From: a bacterium
GTDB taxonomy: Bacteria; SZUA-182; DTGQ01
Direction: 5' to 3'
DNA length: 34,931 nt
NCBI GenBank assembly: GCA_040752695.1
Contig: JBFMGO010000057.1
Span: 1 to 34,931 of the forward strand
Part shown: in pieces, positions 16,865 to 25,479 of the stretch
How positions within the stretch are numbered: position 1 is the first letter of the stretch
How the letters are laid out: each line of letters starts with the position of its first letter
Notes under the pieces: generated by a model
Seen by the model: only the letters and a program-made list of their open reading frames with translations
What the model was told of the DNA's origin: nothing
The model's database searches: none
Made by a program: the position numbers and the translations under genes

Positions 16865-18949
16865 TCAGCGCCGCTCTTCGAGAAACCTGATGAATTCATC
16901 TTCACTCATAATGGGGATGCTGCGCTTTTTAGCTTCATCACGTTTTGATCCGGCTCCCGGCCCGGCTACAAGGTAGTCTGTTTCACCGCTCACGCTGGCT
17001 GCGGCCCTGCCGCCCATCGATTCAACGAGACGCTTTGCCTCATCGCGGGTCCAGCGCTCCAGCTTGCCGGTAAAGACAAAGGTGAGCCCGGAAAGCGGCA
17101 GTTTTTCCTCCTTCCTGTACAACGGATTAGGAAGAGCAAGTCCTGCTTCGAGCATTTCCTCGATCACTGCGCGGTTTTCCTGATCAGAGAAGAACGCGAT
17201 AATACTACGGGCCAGGACAGGGCCGATCTCGGCAATCATTCGCAGGTGCTTTTGAAAGGTTTCTTCCGGTGTCTCATCGAGAGCAGCCAAAAGATCCTCT
17301 ACAGTGGCAAAATGCCCGGCCAGAACCCGGGCCAGGTGCTCGCCGACCAGAGGAATGCCCAAAGCGTAAAGAAAGCGGGACAGCGGCCGGTCCTTGCTGT
17401 TTTCGATTGCCCGCACGAGATTATCCGAAAGTTTATCACCCATTCTCTCCAGGGTGAGAAGATCGTCTTTTCTCAAGCGGTAAATTGATGAGATCCGCCT
17501 GACCAGGCCACGGTCAACCAGATGCCCGGCCATTTTCTCGCCAAGGCCCTCGATATCCATACCGGCTTTAGAGGCAAAATGGACAATGCGCTTTCGTATC
17601 TGAGCAGGGCAGGTCAGCCGTGGGCACAGGGCAGCCTTTTTGTCTTCCGTCATGATCACTTCGGAACCGCAGATCGGGCAGTGTGCAGGAAAGTGAAACA
17701 CCCTCTCCGATCCGTCCCTCGCCTCCTTGATCGGCTTGACCACATAGGGAATCACATCTCCTGCCCGCTCTACCAGGACCCTGTCTCCCAGGCGGATGTC
17801 TTTGCGCTCGATCTCGCTCTGGTTATGAAGGGACGCACGTTTGACCTCCACTCCGCCAATGCGGACCGGATCGAGTGCAGCCACAGGAGTGAGAAGACCG
17901 GTTCTGCCCACCTGAACCCTGATGTCCCTGATCCTTGTGGTCATCTGGCGGGGCGCGAATTTATACGCCAGGGCCCATCGCGGATCATGGGTGCGAAAGC
18001 CCAGCCTTTCGCGGTCAGCAAGGCGGTTGACCTTAATAACCACACCGTCAAGATCGTATTCGAGTTCATCGCGGACTTTCTCAAGCTGCTGATGGTATCT
18101 GAGCGCATCTTCGAGAGTAAGGCAAAGCCTGACATGGGCCGTATCGACCTTGAGGCCCCATCCTGGGAGGGTATGCAAAACCTCCCAGTGGGTCTTGAAT
18201 TCGTAACCTTCAGACTGAATCGCCTCGTACAGGAAGATATGCAAAGGCCTTCCGGCAGTGACCTTAGAGTCCAGTTGGCGAAGCGAGCCTGCTGCCGCAT
18301 TCCTGGGATTGGCAAAAAGGTTCATTTCCGCCTCCATCCGCTGCTGGTTCAGCCTCCTGAACTCATCCTTGCGCATGTAAACCTCGCCGCGCACAACCAG
18401 ATAGAAGGAAGGCACCTCTCCCTCACGGCCGTGTAAAAGGGGCGTAACTTCCCTGATCGTTTTGATATTGGCAGTGATATCCTCGCCTGTCTGACCGTTC
18501 CCCCTGGTCGAGGCCGTAACAAGGCGCAAATCCCTGTAAACGAGCTCGACAGCCAGGCCGTCGTACTTGGGTTCAACGACATACTCCACCTGTTCACGGT
18601 TGAGCTCCTGACGGCAGTTCTTATCGAAGTTCCTTACCTCCTCCTCACGATAGGCAGATTTTAAGCTGAGCATGGGAATGGGATGCTCGACCGTGCCAAG
18701 CTCGGTCCGGACCTCCCCACTGACGCGCATGGTTGGCGAGTCCGGGCTCTTGAGGTCGGGAAACCTCTCTTCGAGCGCCCGCAGGCGGGCCATGAGCTTA
18801 TCGTATTCCGCGTCCGAGATAACGGGGTCATCGAGGACATAGTAGCGGTAATCGTGATAGCGGACCTCTTCGATCAATTTCCTGATGGCAGCCTTTGCCT
18901 CTTTCCGTTCTTTGGATTCCATAATCAGTGCCCCCTTTTTCCGGCTCAT
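16865..18949 (-). CDS. ligA: NAD+-dependent DNA ligase
   Basis: YYVLDDPVISDAEYD, adenylation motif EPKYDG, NPRNAAAGSLRQ, OB-fold QVGRTG, Zn finger CPIC..C...C, HhH repeats and a C-terminal BRCT domain (FVFTGKL...GAGSK). An alternative start at 18922 is possible. Confidence 0.97.
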   Translation of the reverse strand: MSRKKGALIMESKERKEAKAAIRKLIEEVRYHDYRYYVLDDPVISDAEYDKLMARLRALEERFPDLKSPDSPTMRVSGEVRTELGTVEHPIPMLSLKSAYREEEVRNFDKNCRQELNREQVEYVVEPKYDGLAVELVYRDLRLVTASTRGNGQTGEDITANIKTIREVTPLLHGREGEVPSFYLVVRGEVYMRKDEFRRLNQQRMEAEMNLFANPRNAAAGSLRQLDSKVTAGRPLHIFLYEAIQSEGYEFKTHWEVLHTLPGWGLKVDTAHVRLCLTLEDALRYHQQLEKVRDELEYDLDGVVIKVNRLADRERLGFRTHDPRWALAYKFAPRQMTTRIRDIRVQVGRTGLLTPVAALDPVRIGGVEVKRASLHNQSEIERKDIRLGDRVLVERAGDVIPYVVKPIKEARDGSERVFHFPAHCPICGSEVIMTEDKKAALCPRLTCPAQIRKRIVHFASKAGMDIEGLGEKMAGHLVDRGLVRRISSIYRLRKDDLLTLERMGDKLSDNLVRAIENSKDRPLSRFLYALGIPLVGEHLARVLAGHFATVEDLLAALDETPEETFQKHLRMIAEIGPVLARSIIAFFSDQENRAVIEEMLEAGLALPNPLYRKEEKLPLSGLTFVFTGKLERWTRDEAKRLVESMGGRAAASVSGETDYLVAGPGAGSKRDEAKKRSIPIMSEDEFIRFLEERR

Positions 18950-20682
18950 ATCCTTTTCAGCAGCTTTTGAAGCTCAGGCCAGCTTCGGGTATTCAGCACA
19001 TCTGCTGGCTCGAGCCAGCCTCTGCGGGCCTGGCCTATGCCGAAGCGCATATAATCAAGATGGGTCAGGCTGTGAGAATCCGTAGAGATCGCCACCTTCA
19101 CCCCCATTTCCTTAGCCATTTTGCAGTGAATATCGTCAAGGTCCAGCCGGTCAGGGTGGGCGTTCAGCTCCATGAAGCACCCCCTGGCCCTGGCCGCCTC
19201 GATCAGGTGACCCATATCCACCTCATAAGCCCTGCGCTCGTTGATCAGTCTTCCGGTGGGGTGGGCCAGGATATTGAACCAGGGATTGTCCATAGCCCGG
19301 ATAATCCGCTCGGTCTGCTTATCTGCGGGCAGATTGAAATGGTAGTGCACCGAGCAAACCCGGAGGTCGAGGAGCCTGAGCACCTCATCCGGCAGGTCCA
19401 GGGAACCATCCTCCAGAATATCCAGTTCCACTCCCTTGAGAACGGTGATCGAGCCTCCGAGTTTTTGGTTCAGGCGGTCGATGGCATCGATGTGCTGGAG
19501 CATCCGCCTGGCATCGAGGCCATGAGCCACGGTTACGTGCTGGGAGTGATCGGTAATGGCCACGTACCGATACCCTTTCTCACGGGCCGCTCCGACCATT
19601 TCCTCCAGACTGAAGCGGCCATCGGTGGCTTTGGTGTGGGTGTGCAGGTCCCCTTTGATATCCCTTAAGGTTATCAGCTCAGGAAGACTGCCTTTTTGGG
19701 CAGCCTCGATTTCTCCCCGGTCCTCCCGCAATTCCGGCTCTATGAAGGGGAGGCCAACCGAGTGGAAGATTTCTTCCTCTTCTTGTCCTGCTATCAGCTC
19801 TTCGTTTCTGAAAACTCCGTATTCGTTGATCTTAAGACCTCTTCTGATACCCAGCTTCCTGATAGCGATATTGTGGGCCGAAGAGCCGGTGAAGTAGTGC
19901 AGGGCAGCGCCATAGCTCTTTTTAGCCACTACCCGAAGGTCAACTTGAAGCCCTGAGCGGAGTAAAACCGTGGTGCGGGTTTCTCCTTTCGATACCACTT
20001 TTGCCACATCTTCATATTCTATAAATTTCTGCATGACAGGGGATTCGTAGTGAAGTCCTGGCCTGACTGTAGCCAGAATGTCCAGATCGCCCACGGTTTC
20101 CATTCTGCGGCGGTAGCTGCCTGACACCACAACGTCCCCTATCCCTTCGATCCTTTGCAGGTAATCCACGAGCGAGCGTGCGACCTCCTCGGCCTCTGCC
20201 AGTTTGATGCGCATCTTTTTCTCTTTCTTCTCTTCTATCTCCTCGAGGATCTTACTCTCCGTTTTTGGACCAAAGCCGGTTAAGGACCTGATTTTTCCCT
20301 CTCTTGCTGCCTTCTCCAACTCATCCAGACTGCTGATATGCAGCTCCTTGTGAATGGCCTGGACCCTCTTTGGCCCTAAAGAGGGTATCTTCATGAGAAG
20401 ACTCAGGTCCGGTGGGAGGCTGCGCTCGATTTCCGCAAGTTGGGAAAGCGTTCCTGTCGCGACAATCTCTTTAATTTTCCCTTCCAGGTCCCTGCCAATG
20501 CCAGGCAGCTTGGGCAGATCATGATGCTCGGCCAGGATGTCTGCCACGCTGAAGGGAAGGCTGGCTATGGTGCGGGCGGCATTGCGGTAAGCACGGACCC
20601 GGAATACATTAGCCCCCTCAATCTCCAATAGATCAGCCACCTTGCTCAGGACTGCGGCAATATCGGCATTATGAACCGGCAT
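18946..20682 (-). CDS. polX: DNA polymerase X with PHP (3'-5' exonuclease) domain
   Basis: FRVRAYRNAA, GSYRR..ETVGDLD with an intact catalytic DxD, VDLR, YFTGS, and PHP motifs HTHT, TDHS, AHP, DSH. Confidence 0.96.
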   Translation of the reverse strand: MPVHNADIAAVLSKVADLLEIEGANVFRVRAYRNAARTIASLPFSVADILAEHHDLPKLPGIGRDLEGKIKEIVATGTLSQLAEIERSLPPDLSLLMKIPSLGPKRVQAIHKELHISSLDELEKAAREGKIRSLTGFGPKTESKILEEIEEKKEKKMRIKLAEAEEVARSLVDYLQRIEGIGDVVVSGSYRRRMETVGDLDILATVRPGLHYESPVMQKFIEYEDVAKVVSKGETRTTVLLRSGLQVDLRVVAKKSYGAALHYFTGSSAHNIAIRKLGIRRGLKINEYGVFRNEELIAGQEEEEIFHSVGLPFIEPELREDRGEIEAAQKGSLPELITLRDIKGDLHTHTKATDGRFSLEEMVGAAREKGYRYVAITDHSQHVTVAHGLDARRMLQHIDAIDRLNQKLGGSITVLKGVELDILEDGSLDLPDEVLRLLDLRVCSVHYHFNLPADKQTERIIRAMDNPWFNILAHPTGRLINERRAYEVDMGHLIEAARARGCFMELNAHPDRLDLDDIHCKMAKEMGVKVAISTDSHSLTHLDYMRFGIGQARRGWLEPADVLNTRSWPELQKLLKRI

Positions 20683-20979
20683 GGGGGGTATCCCTCATAT
20701 GACCTGATCTTTGAGGTCTTTTTGTCCAAGATTCTCTCTCCTTACTACAGTTACCGGAATTTTTTTTCTCTCTCTCTCATCGGTAAAGTTGCCATCTTAC
20801 GCTGTACTTCGATTACACGCCGCTCTCAATACACGTCGCTTCTTCACCCCTTGATACAGCGGCATACGGCGTTTCTGCCAGTGCGAACGTCAGTGCAGGC
20901 AACCGGCTTGAATAATGACGGCGATATATGTCGCGCTGAAAAGAGCCGGTCCCAAAACCCCGGCAGCGTAAAATGCCGC

Positions 20980-21011
20980 GTAGAGGGCACCCCTTAAAGG
21001 GCGTGCCCTAC
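20980..21011. repeat. REP-like GTAG palindrome
   Basis: gtagagggcaccccttaaagggcgtgccctac is a GTAG...CTAC-bounded GC-rich imperfect palindrome. Single copy in this window. Confidence 0.5.
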
Positions 21012-21273
21012 AACATAGAGTTTGTGTTCTTCCCTATACGCGGCTGGAATTTCGACTTTTCATACCTTTATGAATACCCTGTGAGATGGTAAGGGTAATC
21101 TTCGTTCTGCTGCTAAAAACTCCTCCCCTCCCCCTCCTGTCGTAAGATAAGGAGAATAACGAGTTCCCCGAACGAAGAACCCGTCCTTTGTCATGACGCC
21201 ATAACCCTATCATTCCCCCCCCGCAAGCAAATAATGATAGAGCAAATAATGATAGAACTATCCAAAAGAAATG

Positions 21274-21681
21274 CTAATTGGAAATTTTAGGTTCAAGTTT
21301 TTTAGCCTGTTCTATCCACCTCTGGACAACATGGGGTGAAGGATTAATTTTAGACAGTCTCTTTCTCAAATTTACATTATGGAGTCTCTGAGAAAGATCT
21401 GTTGCATCCTGGTCGCGGAGTTCCCTCGTAGTATTTACTCCCGTAGCTTCCAGCAGTTGGCTGGTCTGCCTGCCGATTCCGCGTATCCGGAATAAATCCG
21501 CAGTGCTGGTCCATTTGAGTAGAGTATCTGCATCGATACCTATCTTGCCGGCTAGTTCATCTCGTTCTTCTTTGCGTCCACACATATTGAGCAAATCATC
21601 GGTAGTATCTATTCCTACCTGATGGAGCTTTTCAGAATAGGATGGACCGATTCCTTCAATCTCATCAATTCTGTTTGCCAT
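21274..21681 (-). CDS. DUF4332 family helix-hairpin-helix protein
   Basis: IDEIEGIGPSYSEKL...GIDTTDDLL, ADLFRIRGIG and P....V.RWIEQAK. RBS aaggagg. Confidence 0.85.
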   Translation of the reverse strand: MANRIDEIEGIGPSYSEKLHQVGIDTTDDLLNMCGRKEERDELAGKIGIDADTLLKWTSTADLFRIRGIGRQTSQLLEATGVNTTRELRDQDATDLSQRLHNVNLRKRLSKINPSPHVVQRWIEQAKKLEPKISN

Positions 21682-22175
21682 AATTATTCCTCCTTAATCA
21701 TAATATTTATAACACAAAATACAATTGTAACAACCTCTTTTCGGTTATTTTATAAACTATAATTTCAGTTACCGAGATAAGAAATAGGAAATAAAGGCAT
21801 CTTCCGACCTGATAATCCTCTTTACCCCTTTCTTTACCATGTTCGTCCCTTTCATCATTTTTACCCTCATCTATTATTCTGATCCTCTCATCTATTCATC
21901 TATTATTTTGATCCCGTTTGTATGGTATGGGGTCCAGATCCCTCACTTTGCCAGTCTGGCAAAGTGGTTGAGGCAAGAAGGAGGTATTTTGTGTTCCTTA
22001 CTATTCCCTGTCCTGTTCGGCATGGAAGGGATTCGACTTGAGTTCGCCCTGTTTCAAAAGCTGGACCAAAGCCCAAAGAGCACGCAGAAAGGGAAGTTGG
22101 CGACAACCGGCCTTAAAGGGAAAATCATCTACTTGTACAGATGGGTGCAGAAGGTCAGATAGAGGGTTTAAAGCT

Positions 22176-23258
22176 TTAGAAAGAGACTGTTACCCTGAAA
22201 AGCCACCCCTTGCGCTGCAGCCTGACTTCGTCGAGCTGAGATTCACCTTTTTCACCGGAGTAATAGTAGGTGGTATCTGAGCCATTTTCAGCAGACAGGA
22301 AAAGGTATTGCCAGCCCAGCTCAAGACCGACTGGCGGAAAGGGGCAATAAGTGACCGAGAATTCGGCACCTAATCCATATCCATAGGCCTTGTGGCGGAA
22401 GCTTGGGTCTTGAGCAAACTCTTCCTTGAGGTTCCATATTCCTTCACCAAGGTAATGAGCCACCAAGGGCGTAATTTTCCCTCCGATCGCCAGAGAATAG
22501 CAAAAGGGAAAAGAGTCTGGGATGACATCCCAGGTTGATTTCACACCGATTTTGATGGCATCCCAGATAAAGGTGTAGTGAGAATCGAGCCATGCAAAAG
22601 ACTCATCCTGATCGGATGACTGCAATTCCTCCCGGAAACTTTCTTCCCCGCTGTCTCCTGATCCGCTTCTTGCTCTGTTGTCTTCCCCGCCTCCTGACCA
22701 CGACCGGGCGATGGGTTTTCCATCATACATGCGCAGGCTGTCCTGGTAATGCTGTACGCCCACAATCCAATGCCATTGCCAGGATAAAAGCGGCTTTCCG
22801 GTCTTTTTCCTGAATAAAATCAATGGCTGGCGGGTCAGGGGCAAAAGTCCCTCCAGACTCCACAGATCAACCCTTCCGTCAACGGGATTCCGGGACTCTG
22901 AAGATTTGATGGAATTTTCAAAGTCAGTGTCCTGAGACCTCCCCTTGGTGATTGGGGCTACGCCGAAGAGAAAATTCAAACCAAACCGAGGGGCAGAGTG
23001 CACGATATCAATTTCAAGCGAAAAGATGCCGGCATCAAGGTCATGATAGTTCAGTTTGGAGATACAATTACCTGTTCCGCAGGGGAAGGATGTCTGCCAG
23101 GATGCCTCTGCACTGCTTTTCCAGTAACCAGTCCAGAGGCGGATTTCGCTGCCGCCTCGATCGGGGATGTTTTGTCCCATTCCCTGGCTGCAGCAGGTAA
23201 GTATAAAGATTCCAATCAGAAGGATGAGTACCCCTTCAAACGTTGAGAGGTTTTTCAT
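22176..23258 (-). CDS. Outer-membrane beta-barrel protein, omptin-like fold
   Basis: Signal peptide, amphipathic strands, a QDPSFRHKAYGYG segment and a C-terminal Phe (FRVTVSF, BAM signal). Confidence 0.65.
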   Translation of the reverse strand: MKNLSTFEGVLILLIGIFILTCCSQGMGQNIPDRGGSEIRLWTGYWKSSAEASWQTSFPCGTGNCISKLNYHDLDAGIFSLEIDIVHSAPRFGLNFLFGVAPITKGRSQDTDFENSIKSSESRNPVDGRVDLWSLEGLLPLTRQPLILFRKKTGKPLLSWQWHWIVGVQHYQDSLRMYDGKPIARSWSGGGEDNRARSGSGDSGEESFREELQSSDQDESFAWLDSHYTFIWDAIKIGVKSTWDVIPDSFPFCYSLAIGGKITPLVAHYLGEGIWNLKEEFAQDPSFRHKAYGYGLGAEFSVTYCPFPPVGLELGWQYLFLSAENGSDTTYYYSGEKGESQLDEVRLQRKGWLFRVTVSF

Positions 23259-23401
23259 AGGTGTTTAATGTTCTGGTACTTTTTTGGCGTCTGAAAACCA
23301 ATCGTTCGATAAGTGAATTGAATAATAAGACCTAACCTTATCGGTCAGGTTGTGAAAAATAAGCTCATGGGCACTGATTTTTAACTTTTTCTGAAAGCCC
23401 C

Positions 23402-23430
23402 TTGATTTTTTGTATTGTTAATACTATGAT
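23402..23430 (+). promoter_or_regulatory. Probable sigma70 promoter upstream of the greA leader
   Basis: TTGATT (23402-23407), 17-nt spacer, TATGAT (23425-23430). Confidence 0.55.
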
Positions 23431-23801
23431 AAAAATCTTCCTGGAATGAGCTTGTGAAAGGTGCAATTATCCAGGTTGTCAGGTTCAAGGTCAAAGTACA
23501 AGGACGATGTCCACGATCAGTCGCCGGCGCTGGTCACACTTGATGGTTCAATGAGTGCGCCAGTTATTGAGAACTGCTATTTCCAAACCGTTTCATTTTT
23601 ACCATTCTAACCCTGACTCTGAACCGGGAACCTGAATTGGTTACGACAGAGGCTGAAAATACTTCCTCTTCTCTTTTTCTAAAAGGTGATGGGGATTTTT
23701 TAACACAGCGGTTCTCTTTTTAAGATAGGTTCAAAGGTTCCAGATACTGATGCACAACCATGGAGGACGCCAGATACTGATGTAACAATGGAGGACAATT
23801 G

Positions 23802-24278
23802 ATGAGCGATAAAGAATATATGCTCGAGAAAGACTATGATCGATTGATGCAAGAGTTGGAAAAATTGAAGAAAAAGGAACGACCCGAAGTCATAGCAAGA
23901 ATCGCCGAAGCCAGGGCATTTGGAGATCTTTCGGAGAATGCGGAATACGATGCTGCACGAGAGCACCAATCGTTTATTGAGGGAAGAATCCTTCAACTGG
24001 AAGATCGCCTGGCCAAGGCTACTGTCATCAATCCGGACGAGTTACCCAAGGACAAGATTGTCTTTGGCAGCCGGGTCGTACTCTATGATCTGGATCAGGA
24101 TCGGGATGTGGAATATATCCTGATGGGAAAGGATGCAGATTACAGTAAAAAAGAGATTTCGGTTTACTCTCCAATCGGGCGGGGATTGTTAGGCAAGCGA
24201 GAGGGAGACGTGGTAGAAATCAAAGTGCCTGCCAGAATCCTCCGTTATGAGGTGCAAAAGATCAATCCGGATGATTAA
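23802..24278 (+). CDS. greA: Transcription elongation factor GreA
   Basis: AEARAFGDLSENAEYDAA and ISVYSPIGRGLLGK. RBS ggagga before ATG 23802. Confidence 0.97.
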   Translation: MSDKEYMLEKDYDRLMQELEKLKKKERPEVIARIAEARAFGDLSENAEYDAAREHQSFIEGRILQLEDRLAKATVINPDELPKDKIVFGSRVVLYDLDQDRDVEYILMGKDADYSKKEISVYSPIGRGLLGKREGDVVEIKVPARILRYEVQKINPDD

Positions 24279-24290
24279 CCTCACTTATGT

Positions 24291-24423
24291 GCGAGTTGTA
24301 GGTGAGTTGCAGGCTATCTGCCTGCGGGTTGCCGGTAAGTGTGGGTTACGGGTTACGAGTTTTGGGTTATGGTTGAAGTATCAGCCTGCTGTCAACCCTC
24401 AACACGCAACCCATAACCCGCGC
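24291..24423. repeat. Inverted pair of degenerate heptamer tandem arrays
   Basis: Left units gcgagtt/gtgagtt/gcgggtt/gtgggtt/acgggtt/acgagtt; right units aaccctc/aacacgc/aacccat/aacccgc are of the reverse-complement type. Confidence 0.7.
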
Positions 24424-24480
24424 GTCTTAGAATTTTGCTTGTTATGCAAAATTTCACCAGGCCTGATTCCTGCCCCTTAA

Positions 24481-24540
24481 GGACCTCTGCCCCCTGATTT
24501 CGGACTTCTGCCTCCTGACGTCCGACACCTGACACCTGAA
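24481..24540. repeat. Degenerate heptamer tandem array (TGACNYC type)
   Basis: ggacctc tgcccc tgatttc ggacttc tgcctcc tgacgtc cgacacc tgacacc tgaa. Confidence 0.7.
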
Positions 24541-24839
24541 CGTCTCACCCCGGCCATGCAACAAGCATACGAGCATGCAACAAACATGCAACAAGCATAC
24601 GAGGAGATGGAATGGATGAGGATCGTTTTTTGTTTCTTGCTGCCGGTCAGGCACTTTTGGCCGGTCCGGTCTGCTCCTTCTACACACGGTTTCTTTTCTA
24701 TCATGGAAATTATCCATACTTGCCGATAAGCTTATTTTCCGAATCATACTTACCGGTAAGCCTGTTTTTCCAAAAATGAAGACCAGAGAAAAGAAAATAC
24801 CGGCATCAAATATCGAAGGAGATACCGGTACCGTATTCG

Positions 24840-25337
24840 ATGAAGAAACAAAAGAGAAACAGATACGTGATCCTCAAAAAGAATAGATACCTGTGGCTGG
24901 TATTGGTGAGTATTATTTGTCTTAGTGCTTTCCCGGCTCTTCGGTGCTCCGTGGCCCAAAAGAGCCTGCCTGGTAGCCCAAAGGCCCTCGTCATTCAGGA
25001 AGAGAAAACCATAATCACTTTCACCAAAGAGGATGATGGAGGAGAATACCGGTTCCAGCCGGGGCAGGTATTTCAGGTTATTTTACCGGAAAACCCAACA
25101 ACCGGATACCGCTGGACAGGAGCCGAGCCTGCACCCTCATGCATTACCCTCATCCGGCAGGAGTATACCCCCAGTCGTCATGATCCTCGCCTGGCAGGGG
25201 CAGGCGGAGTCCGGACCATGACCTTCCGGACCGTGAGTAAAGGGTCAACGTATCTGGTACTTCTGCTGCGGCGACCCTGGGATACGGAAGGGGAACACGT
25301 GGACTCCTTCAATTTGAACCTGCACATCGAAGAATGA
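24840..25337 (+). CDS. Chagasin-family (I42) cysteine protease inhibitor, exported
   Basis: Signature loops NPTTGYRW, GAGG and RPW, plus an N-terminal signal/TM segment. Confidence 0.9.
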   Translation: MKKQKRNRYVILKKNRYLWLVLVSIICLSAFPALRCSVAQKSLPGSPKALVIQEEKTIITFTKEDDGGEYRFQPGQVFQVILPENPTTGYRWTGAEPAPSCITLIRQEYTPSRHDPRLAGAGGVRTMTFRTVSKGSTYLVLLLRRPWDTEGEHVDSFNLNLHIEE

Positions 25338-25479
25338 GATCATACCGAAGAGGGAAAGTATGCCCCATAAATGAGCGTATGTCGGAAAAACGGGAGTATA
25401 CTGCAAAACGAGAGTATGCCAAAAGAACCAAGTCAAAGGATAGAGCCTTTTCCCGGATAGAAAAACAGCCTTTACCGCC

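Noticed and set aside
17522..19668. + strand ORFs of 304 and 246 aa
   Set aside because: Antisense to ligA and polX.
16865..21681. Prophage origin of polX-ligA
   Set aside because: No integrase, structural or other phage genes are present, and the flanks look chromosomal.
21956..21972. sigma54 promoter (tggcaaagtggttga)
   Set aside because: The -12 position is GA rather than the required GC.
24247..24747. Small ORFs over the heptamer arrays (e.g. RCQVSDVRRQKSEIRGQR)
   Set aside because: The peptide periodicity is simply the translation of 7-mer DNA repeats.
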